Of a stretch of 64,000 bases of DNA, positions 38,601-49,836 are shown in pieces. Every line of letters starts with the position of its first letter. Position 1 is the first letter of the stretch. This DNA is from Balanoglossus misakiensis (lineage: Eukaryota > Animalia > Hemichordata), in assembly GCA_040954595.2 (NCBI GenBank), contig CM082581.2, positions 806,001 through 870,000 of the forward strand, read 5' to 3'. Made by a program: the position numbers and the translations under genes. Below the pieces are notes generated by a model that worked only from the letters and a program-made list of their open reading frames with translations, did not search any database and was not told the origin of the DNA.

Positions 38601-39517
38601 GAGGGGTCAACCTTTGCGTCAACCTTGATTAACCAGGCCATGCAGAGCTAGTGGCCAGTGTCGTGCCCATCAATTTTGAGTGTTTGGTGGGGTCAACCTT
38701 TGCGTCAACATTGATTAACCAGGCCATGCAGAGCTAGTGGCCAGTGTCGTGCCCATCAATTTTGAGTGTTTGGTTGGGTCAACCTTTGCGTCAACATTGA
38801 TTAACCAGGCCATGCAGAACTACATTGTAGTGGCCAGTGTCGTGCCCATCAATTTTGAGTGTTTGGTGGGGTCAACCTTTGCGTCAACATTGATTAACCA
38901 GGCCATGCAGAGCTAGTGGCCAGTGTCGTGCCCATCAATTTTGAGTGTTTGGTGGGGTCAACCTTTGCGTCAACATTGATTAACCAGGCCATGCAGAGCT
39001 AGTGGCCAGTGTCGTGCCCATCAATTTTGAGTGTTTGGTGGGGTCAACTTTTGCGTCAACATTGATTAACCAGGCCATGCAGAGCTAGTGGCCAGTGTCG
39101 TGCCCATCAATTTTGAGTGTTTGGTGGGGTCAACCTTTGCGTCAACATTGATTAACCAGGCCATGCAGAGCTAGTGGCCAGTGTCGTGCCCATCAATTTT
39201 GAGTGTTTGGTGGGGTCAACCTTTGCGTCAACATTGATTAACCAGGCCATGCAGAGCTAGTGGCCAGTGTCGTGCCCATCAATTTTGAGTGTTTGGTGGG
39301 GTCAACCTTTGCGTCAACATTGATTAACCAGGCCATGCAGAGCTAGTGGCCAGTGTCGTGCCCATTAATTTTGAGTGTTTGGTGGGGTCAACCTTTGCGT
39401 CAACATTGATTAACCAGGCCATGCAGAGCTAGTGGCCAGTGTCGTGCCCATTAATTTTGAGTGTTTGGTAGGGTCAACCTTTGCGTCAACATTGATTAAC
39501 CAGGCCATGCAGAGCTA
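35601..39517 (+). repeat. Satellite array, 82-86-bp unit, ~46 copies
   Basis: Unit TAGTGGCCAGTGTCGTGCCCATTAATTTTGAGTGTTTGGTGGGGTCAACCTTTGCGTCAACATTGATTAACCAGGCCATGCAGAGC; no unique spacers. Confidence 0.98.
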
Positions 39518-39529
39518 CATGTATGTTGC

Positions 39530-42500
39530 CTGTAAGGCACACATCTCCAATTGGTACATTGGGCCTATCATACTGTACATGTACAACTAGGAAAATGTAC
39601 TTCATCATATTTCCATAGTCAGCAGCTTCAAGAACATGTTGCCTTCTCTATATGAATTTTTAGACTAAAAAGAAGTATAAGAAGAATAAAGTTGTCCAAT
39701 TATTGTTGGCAGGGGGTGGGGATGTGTGCTCCCATACAAATGTATATGGGTATGTACTCTTTAAGAAAAACGTTCATATGCAAGAGAAAAATGGTAAATG
39801 ACAAAGAAAATTTGACTGGTATTACAATAGGACGGGTTTTTGGCATTTACACATATTGATGTTATCAACCGGGAAGCACACTATGTGCTGAAAATAATTG
39901 GAGAGCTCTCGCCCGGGGTGTCGGCCAGTGGCCACATACATTTCCAGTCCTAAACCTTGCATCAGTTCTGTGGTGCGGATTAAAAAATAAGATTGGCGCT
40001 ACAATATGCCCACTTAGTTTGAAATGGATTCTGCATATATACATGTAAACACATTGAAAATGAGATATTACACATATAATCATGGGACAAGAAGGGCAAA
40101 AATTAAATTATCCAGCAGGTGTTCGAATTATGCAAATTAGAACAGTTGTGTAATATTGCCATGTCAACCACGTTGAAATTGTATTAGGTACCCATATTAA
40201 TTAAAACCGTGAAAATGCGATATTACACACCATATAAGACAAACCAGGGAAATTTACATGTTAGAGAAGTTTGTCGGACATTTTGGATTATGCAAATTAG
40301 AACAGTTGTCTAATATTGCCATGTCAACCACGCTGAAATTGTTTTAGTTACCCATATTGATGAAAACCCTGCAAATGCGATTTTAGGCACCATATAAGAC
40401 AAAACAGGGAAATTTACATTTAAGAAGAGTTTGGTGGCCATTTTGGATTATGCAAATTAGAACAGTTGTCTAATATTGCCATGTCAACCACGCTGAAATT
40501 GTTTTAGTTACCCATATTGATGAAAACCCTGCAAATGCGATATTACACACTATTAAAGACAACCATAGTAAATTTACATGTTAGAGAAGTTTGTCGGCCA
40601 TTCTAGATTATGCAAATTAGAACAGCTGTCTAACATTGCAATGTCAACCACGTTGAAATTGTTTTAGGTACCCATATTGATGAAAACCCTTCAAATGCGA
40701 TACTACACACTATTTAAGACGACCATAGGAAATTTACATGTTAGAGGAGTTTGGCGGCCATTTTGGACTATGCAAATGAGAAGAGTTGAACAAAAAATGC
40801 CATATTTGCAATGCTGTTGTCTTGTTTTGGGTGCCTATGTTAAGGCTTGAAAATGAAAGCTTATTCACCATTTTGGCACAAACAGTGGCGAGAAGGTGTT
40901 CCAATGTAACTTAGAAGAGTTGCCATATTTGCAATACAGTTATATTGTTTAAGGTATGAATGCAAATCCTGAATATTAGATTTATAACAATTTCATTGGA
41001 AAGAACATTTGTAGGTTCATCATTGACCCCATAGGACTGTCAACTCGACTACAGACAGTCTCGATGAACACAAGACATGATCCCAATTTGCAAGCTGAGT
41101 TGAAACTGACTGCTGCAGTAACTTTAGCTCTGGGAATGTCTTGTGTGATTTAAAGCAATTGATGACCAAATTTAACACAGTTTCTCTGAGGTAACCACTT
41201 AGCTTTCGTGACTGGTTGTTTAAGAATCCAAAAAACATGAATTCTACCCAATGAATTCAACCCTTAGAATTTCACAACTGTAACAGAGTTTGCAGTCATG
41301 CACAAAAGTGTGTATCATACACATAAGAAATTTCTCACATGTATTTTTATGATGGCAATGCATTTGACTGTAAACAAACATTGACATCAATCAGTAGCGC
41401 TATTTTGTCAGTGAAATGGCTTCATCATCATCCCTCCAACCAAAGTTGAAACTGAGTTGCAAATATTGCACAGCTTGAAATCATAAAATGTTGCAAAATT
41501 GAACCAACAGTTCGGTCAATGATCAAGTTCTTACAGCTATTATTAGAACCAGACAATCTCAGCGAACAAGAGACATGGGCCTTATTTGCAAGTCGAGTTA
41601 GAACTGCCTTTGCCTGCCCACGGACGCCCCAGTTTCAGCAAAAATTATTGCATTAAAATGTGAGTATGGAGAACTATGCTCTGTGTTCCTTTTGTTAGCT
41701 TACATAGCTGTTGTCATTCTAGTTTTTCCTCTGTCCTGTGAACAGAGTTTCAGTTGCGAAAACCGACAGTTCTTAAAGTACAAAAGTACACCTAAATTGC
41801 CTCGGTGATGAGCATGCAGAATTTATCTGATGCTTTTTACTGGCAGAAGGACCCCACCAGTTGCAGATTGTCAATTCCATGGCACAAGGGAATTTACGCT
41901 TTGCGTTCAAATATAAATAATTAACACCTGTTTAATTTTTCTATATGTTCTTTAGTGATGATTCAAAAGTATTATGACTGCTAGTGTGATTAATATTCTA
42001 TTTTCAAAATGTGTTTCTCTTAATGATTATGAATACATCAAAATTTATGCTTTAAAATTAAATCATTTTACCTGAAATATTGCAAATATTTGGAGGGTTG
42101 CATTTAATTTGAAGTTCTCGATCAAAGTTTTAGGCATAAAAAAGGTGCTACACCCCCGAAAAATTGGTAGCTATGAATTCAATTCAAAGAGTGTTTGAAC
42201 GTCTGTTTTGCAACAGGGTGCCAGTTCAACAAAGCGCATGAGGATAGTAAATCACCTTTGTGAATTTTGTGCACCACAGTAAGAATTCCCTAGAAACTGC
42301 AAACTAAATTGCAAAGCAATCAGACAAAAATGGCAGTAATTGCCAAAAAAAAAAAAAAAAAAATATTGTCACTTCCATCACTGGGTTTGTTAAATTGTCA
42401 TAAAATCACACCTAAAAACATGCAAACCAAATTTTAAAAAAAATGTGGGTAGAGGTTTCTGAGTATATGACGACCAAAATCACCCCAAAATATACTTCAA

Positions 42501-44623
42501 AAATGAAAAATAAAATCTGTATAAAGTCTCAATAACATAAATACACACCAATTTCTAAAGCAATCTGACCAGTACCTTCTTGAGTTTCTGAGTTTAGAAC
42601 AATTTCACATTGGTCCCAATGGTATATTGACATATACAAAATTGGACCTAAAGAGTAAAACACATTTCAAAGATTTTACAATTAAAGCCTCACAAGCTGC
42701 CAAATTTTACACATCTTTTTCCACAATAACATTTTTCAAATCATCCACCTATCCTTTAAAATCAGCACCATTGAGCCATATTACTTGAATTTGCATGGGG
42801 TTTGTCATCTCTCTGCGATGTGTACCCTCCATATGGAGGCTGATTAAAACAGGTGTGGCGCTCGTTTAATATCTGACTTCTTTAAATTGCAACATACAGG
42901 CACATTCATTAGTCAATAAAATGTTCATGTATACCTATCAGTCTGTTTGTTTAGATGAACAAATCTAAGATGGAAAGTAATATCATGAAAATACTGAAAG
43001 ATTGGAAACTCTGAGTTTGAGTCTAAGGATAACAAGGGAACCTCTCTACTATTTGACGCACCAAAGCTATGAAAAACTTCCTTCTTTCCCTCAAATATTT
43101 TTTATGAATATGTTCTACTCCGTGATTAAAATTTCCCTTTTACCAAATGTACATATGTAAGAGACGAGATTTTTTCAGCAAAATTTCAAATGGCCTAGGG
43201 TGACTTTTTACCTACTTACCCATATTGGGTAGCATGAAACACAGAATGGCATACCAGTGGGTTAGAGATACAGCGTTTTATATTAACATGAATTAACATG
43301 AAACTAAAAATTTGATGGTTTACTTAGGACTGCCTTGATCCATGGTAACCTCATTAAATATGTACATATCTAATTCTAGGCTATCCAGTTGCGGTAGAAA
43401 CCTGGACATGGACAACTTTGGGGTCAAAATCTTTTGACAAAATGTTGGGTGATCTTGGGTAAACTTTGACCTACATTCCTATATCTTGGCATCCGGCACA
43501 GATACATCCCTGACACTTGGAGTGATGGAACTGCATAATGGAGTATTATGTCTCAGCTAGTCACAGTGCTTTTGCTGTGTTTTATGTCTTTTATTCAGCC
43601 AAATTAGATGTTTTTCATTACACATTGGCTGTGTTTGCCAGTACTTTTTAGCTGGTCACACTGCCTTAACACAATGTATTCTCAAAATACTCTGCAATCT
43701 TTATGAAGCATATACAGCAGACAAAGTTGTGGTAAGACTAAACTTGCCCTTCTTTGTGATTAAAGCATGACCGGCCTGTCTTAGGTGGCCCCTACCTAGG
43801 GGCTTTACCCGTCATTGGCTCACAGTCTGAGAAATCAGCTCTGCAGGGAAGTTAACGATGTAACCCACCATTAAAGCTTGGATTTCCGCTTTTTGTATTT
43901 GATGCCTGGCTGAGGCCTTCTTAGGATCTACCCAACACTGAGTAGGCTATCCCGTCATTGGCACACAGTCTCAGGGAGGGAGTCAAAAGTTCAGTATACC
44001 ATCAAAGCCTTTATATTGTCCATTCTTTTTAAGAGAAGGCTGGCTGCTGTAGAAAAATGTTGATCTCAAATTTATCATGTCCAAAAAGCCAGACTTCCAG
44101 CCCTATTGGTTAGGCTGGCATTAGGTAAGTACATAATTAATGAGGCAAGACATAATACTCAATCAAATAGTTCCATCACTCCAAGTGTCAAGGTTGTATC
44201 TGCTCCGGATGCTAAAATATAGGAATGTAGGTCAAAGTTTACCCAAGATCACACAAATGTTTGTCAAAAGATTTTGACCCCGAAGTTGTCCATGTCCAGG
44301 TTTCTACTTCAGCTGAATAGCCTAGAATTAGATATGCACATATTTAACGAGGTTACCATTGCTCAGGGGGGTCTTAAATTAACCATCAAATTTTAGTTTC
44401 ATATTAATGCATATTAATATAAAACACTGTATCTCTAACCCTACAGGTAAGCCTAGAATTAGGTACATGTACATGCGTAAGTTTTTGACAAGACAGTTAA
44501 GCTGTAATATATGTACATGAACCTTGACAATTGACTTAAAATAACATAAAGGCAGAACTGATACTGATTGGAGATAGATATTACTAATGACAGTGATGTT
44601 AATTACACCAGGAATGTTTGTCT
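39530..44623 (-). repeat. Right arm of the large inverted duplication
   Basis: Inverse of 1-9370 without the two HINEs and the PIF-like MITE; includes part of the Academ-like element, whose ~160-bp subterminal unit occurs ~4 times (40120-40780). Confidence 0.9.
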
Positions 44624-45056
44624 TAGTATACGGTAGCTAACCGACTGCTTGAGGTTAAGTAATGAAAGTGCCCACTTGCGATTCACCTTCAAATAGCTAC
44701 TTAGTCTTTGGTACATGTACATTGTTTTTCCAATGATTAGACAAATGATATACATACGTGTAATTAAGGTTGGGTAGCATTTTCAATGTAATAAGCCCTG
44801 CCTTCACTATAATCTTACACCAAATCAACACTGTTCAGTAATGTGATAGGCTTCAAAGCGACGCTAGTTACATCATAATTCCCAGCAAGGGGTATTAGTT
44901 TATTGGGCAAGTGGCATGAGTGAGGCCAGACATTAGTTTTGGAAGCAAAGCGGACAGAACACTGCCGGGCATAGACTAGGTAGTTCTGAATAGTCATGTT
45001 TCATAAGTCAGGTCCATGACATATGTACCGACATTTGTGATTGGTCCATCTGGTAA

Positions 45057-46305
45057 TCTTAGGTCCACTTGAGGCACGGTGATTGGAGGGACCTTATGTG
45101 TTAGGTCTTATTATTATGTATTATTCACTAGACCTTGTAGGTTAGGTCTTATTACTATGTATTATTCACTTTACAGCTCCCTGATTGGTTAATGTGTAGG
45201 TCTCCAATTTTCACTGCCTCGTTATGCAAAGTCTTTTGTACTTTCTGAATACAGTTGTCGTATTCTGTCTGGCATGCTGCCTGCGCGTTGTCGAAGCTCG
45301 ATCCCAGTGTATAAAGAAAGGCACTCATATAATGATTGGATTTAACCTTTCCTTCACTATTCATGGCATTTTTTTGTGATACTGTGAACTAGATACTCGA
45401 AATAAAAATTGCCAGGATAATTTTTTTATTTTATTTCCAGTGGCGGTTTGTTGAAATGGGCTAGTGTTTTGTTACGTAATGCTTTTCAGCGCATCACTTT
45501 GTGTAACACCTGGCTGAATACGAAGTGTGTGCTATTCATTCGAGCAAACCAAAAATATCTTACAATAGAACTGTTTAGAATAGCATTGCATTTCTTTAAT
45601 TGGGATACCTCATTAGTTGCTTTACAGGTATGATTACTTTTATTGTACTTCTTTCACGAAGCTGCACCGTCATAGTTCCATTTTTATGAAAACAATATAC
45701 GAATGTATAAACGGACAACGTACTCCTTTTCACAACATCTACGTCAAAACAAATTTACTTTAAAATAGTAAAACAACAATAATAATATTGATGATGAGAA
45801 GTAGGAGGGTGATTTAAGAAAATATACAACTGTTAGCAAAAATGCTTAGATGTGTTAATCAGATTTTCAAAGTCCATCTAAAAATCATTTAATCTTTCCA
45901 GGGTGCGGTTTATGTTGGAGATAGTATCAGTCAGGCTATTTCTCAGAAAATTAATGAATGATCTGCGGACATCCCGAATAATGTGTTACCACAACGCTAG
46001 CCAGGAAGCACATGGGACATTTCACAATGAGGCAGTGAACACTGGGAGACCAGACTGACACGTTAACCAATCAGGGAGCTGTATGGTGAATAAATACATA
46101 TTAATATGACCTAACCTACAAGGTCCTGTATTATGAGGCAGTGAACACATGGGGGACCAGACTGACACGTTAACCAATCAGGGAGCTGTAAAGCGAAAAA
46201 TGCATAGTAATAAGACCTAACCTACAAGGTCTAGTGAATAATACATAATAATAAGACCTAACCTACAAGGTCCCTCCAATCAGCGTGCCGCAAGTGGACC
46301 TAAGA
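45057..46305. mobile_element. Foldback-type element with long modular inverted arms
   Basis: TCTTAGGTCCACTTG...CAAGTGGACCTAAGA; arms 45057-45230 and 46025-46305 built from GACCTAACCTACAAGGTC and CCAATCAGGGAGCTGTA subrepeats; no clear TSD. Confidence 0.6.
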
Positions 46306-46530
46306 GAAGCGGATAAACCAATCAAAACATGCAATACATGTGTATAGGACGTGTAATGTAGGTCATTTTGAAACAGGACTAATGTGACCATGGACGTTAC
46401 CACATTAGACTCTGTATTGTAAGTTTCTGAAGAATCGCAAAAAATCATCAACAGTCTACATGTACTTCAACCTTGTGAGAAGTACTGTATAACACACAGG
46501 ATATACTAGTCACTGTTGGTCAGGTTATTA

Positions 46531-47422
46531 CACACTGTGGTCCCATCTGGGGATTACACAAAATTAGGTATGTCTGTGTTCATGGGAAAAATCATGTGAC
46601 ATTGGCAAGCAGATATGACCTTCTGTAAGAACATTTCAAAGGAACCAGACAAGTATTTTAGGGAAAACAACATTCAACAATGACAAAAACTGCCTCAAAC
46701 CACATCTATCCAACTATCAACAAATTGTATAATATCTACTTCAATCACCACGCCTACCAAAGTTGAAAGCAATCTGACTAGTAGTTTCAAAGAATACAAA
46801 TTGCAAAAATTGCCCCAAGACCACAATATGTAAATTTCACCAAAATGATATACAACATTACTTGGGTTACCTCTTGGAACAAGCATACCAAAATTTAAAA
46901 GCAATCTAAGGAGTTTCTCAGAAAATGAATTTTGACCAAAAATGACAGATTACAAATTCTGCGACAATTTAAACAAAACCAACTAAGATCACCTACCGGA
47001 AGTGTCATACTAAATTCTAAAGAAATCAGCCAATCTCTTTAAGAGGAAAAGATTTTTTTTCAAATGGTAAAACAAGACAAAATAATTGCATGAAAAATAG
47101 ACAATTCACGATATAAACTCAAAGTATATCAGGTATGATGACATTACCTACATGCATACAAATGTTCAAAGCAGTCTAACCAGTTGTTGAGTTTTGATCA
47201 ATTCCACATATTTCACAGGTTATTTGCGTATTTTTGCAATGACAACTTCATTTAAGCAAAATCCCATCTACACACCAAAATAAAAAAAGCGTGGTTTCAT
47301 GTTTTGGATCAGGGCAGAAATACATCCATATATACATGTAACATGCATACACACATGTACACACACACACAAACACATGCATACATGGCTGCATACATAC
47401 ATACATACATACATACATACAT
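46531..47422 (-). mobile_element. HINE-like element fragment, minus strand
   Basis: CACTGTGGTCCCAT (~46533) is the inverse of the 3' subTIR of the 193-1713 element; (TACA)n at 47330-47422. Confidence 0.5.
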
Positions 47423-48069
47423 AGGGAAACGGTCTGGTAATCAATGTTATGACACTAGCATTAGGCCTTAAACCCCGGTGCGGAAAGTACTGGGGTTCGG
47501 ATTAACGTGTGTTTGTACAGTTGTTTATTTGGGAGTGGTCGTCGTGCATAATAACTGTGTAATTGATCTCATGTACATAGAAAATAATTGAACACTTTAC
47601 ACCTCTATGCGATTGACAGCTGTTTGAATGGCGTGGTTATTGTTTCCCAGGGATGCTTCTGAAAAGCACTGAAACCAGATTTCTCCCAAAATCATCGTTG
47701 TTTCAAAAGCTCGTGTACTTTTTCATCGATAACTTTATGTTGTGTGTGTTTATAAAGCCAACCACTGTCGTTGTGTGGTGTAATTCTTTATGCTTGGATC
47801 TGTTTGGGCCGATTTTCATAGAGCCAAGATCGTTAGAGCCAAGATCGTTGGTGTTGTCTGTTGTCAGTCAAACGGCATTAAGATTCGCCACTGATTTGGG
47901 GGGTCTTTTATACCACGCATCGGGGTTTAATGTTTACGATATCAGGACAATTTATATCATATGAAGTTTTATGTATTCATAATTATTCAGAGAAGCAAAT
48001 TTTTAAAAATGTGAAATTGTTATCAATCGGATGTGCACTGACAGCATGCTTATATGGAATACAGGTACT

Positions 48070-48865
48070 CTAACACAATCAGTCATAACACTTTTGAATC
48101 ATCAATAAATAACATATAGAATAATTTTACAGGATTTAATTATTTATATTTGAACGCAAAGCGTAAATTCCCTTGTGCCATGGAATTCACAATCTGCAAC
48201 TGGTGGGGTCCTTCTGCCAGTAAGAAGCATCAGATAAATTCTGCATGCTCATCACCGAGGCAATTTAGGTGTACTTTTGTATTTGATAACTGTCGGTTTT
48301 CGCAACTGAAACTCTGCTCACAGGACGGAGGAAAAACTAGAATGACAACAGCTATGTAAGCTAACAAAAGAAACACAGAGCATAGTTCTCCATACTCATA
48401 TTTTAATGCAATAATTTTTGCTGAAATTGGGGCGTCCGTGGGCAGGCAAAGGCAGTTCTAACTCAACTTGCAAATCAGGCCCATGTCTCTTGTTCCCTGA
48501 GACTGTCTGGTTCTAATAATAGCTGTAAGAACATAATCGTTGACCAAAGGGTTGGTTCAATTTTGCAACATTTTATGATTTCAAGCTGTGCAATATTTGC
48601 AACTCTGTTTCAACTTTGGTTGGAGGGATGATGATGAAGCCATTTCACTGACAAAATAGCACTACTAACTGACATCCATATTTGTTTACAGTCAAATGCA
48701 TTGCCATCAGAAAAATGCATACGAAAAAATTCTTATGTGAATAATACACACTTTCTTGCACAACTGCAAACTCTGTCACATTTGTGAAATTTTAAGGAAA
48801 TTCATTCATTGGGTAGCTTTATGAATTCTTAAACAAACTTAGTCATGAAACCTAAATGGTTACCT
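48070..48865 (+). repeat. Third partial copy of the arm sequence, inverted relative to 41190-41990
   Basis: For example TTTGAACGCAAAGCGTAAATTCCCTTGTGCCATGGAAT (48149) vs the reverse complement at ~41873-41911. Confidence 0.9.
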
Positions 48866-49836
48866 TACACATCTGGCGGCTCGACTTCTGTGATATGATA
48901 GTCTTCAATTAATGTGTATGTGATTCCATACAAATCCATATGATTACCTGAACGTACAAAATAAATAAAAAATAAAAAATAAATTAAAAATAAATAAGTA
49001 TCTCATACATATGCATAAGTGCTTGTGATAAATATATCCTGTATTTAAATAAACCTGTCATTTATTGACCTCGTTTTCCTATTAACCCAAAGGACTAGAT
49101 TGCACTGTAATATTATTACAGCTTCATTTCAATGCAACAGGTACACTACATCATATTGGAGCAAATATGCCAGCTCTACATTGATATAAAGAGTGTCAAA
49201 ATATTGGTGGCTACAAAAGCTTGTGTCCCTTCAATCCATCCTCGCACTCAGGTGAAAACGAACGTCATTAGTTTTTGGGAAAAAACCTCTGAAATCAATT
49301 TCGGTGAGGCCAAATGTGTTCCAAAGGCAAACCGTTTCTGGTAAACAAATCAATGGCAAATAATTACTTCGGCGACATACCAATCAGTCAACATGGCTGC
49401 CTAATCGTTTGATAGCCCGGTTTCATCTCGCGATCATTCTGTCTTCCGATATGGCGTTGCATGGTTAAATTCGTCTCTTCTTTGCCGACATAGTCAGGCG
49501 ACAGCGGTCCAGAAGCATAGGCAGCGACGCCATCTTGTTTACAATGTGAAGTATCGACTGCGCATGCTCAATAATTTTCCGCGTTTTTTTTTTTGCCAAC
49601 GGCGCGCGCGCGGTGTCTGGTATAGAGAAAATAACATGCAAGTGCGCGATTATTCATTTGTAAAAAATCAGTTATACATTTGTCATCAACGTTTGAAAAC
49701 TTTCAATGATCTTACCTCGGTAAGCATTTCAAATAGGTACATTTTTATTTAGAACCATCGTATGTGGAAAATAATAAAACACAGAGTGGGGATTGGCCCT
49801 ATGTTTGACTTGATCATACCCAGCTCGGTTTGCGTT

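Noticed and set aside
35601-39517. CRISPR-like regular array
   Set aside because: Units are contiguous near-identical monomers with no unique spacers, there are no cas genes, and the context is eukaryotic.
1-44623. Single giant TIR transposon or Polinton
   Set aside because: No pPolB, capsid, ATPase or transposase found; the arms are diverged composites and one ends inside another element.
45155-45364. C-type-lectin-like FDNAQAAC peptide
   Set aside because: Isolated short resemblance; remaining CTLD motifs and exon boundaries are absent.
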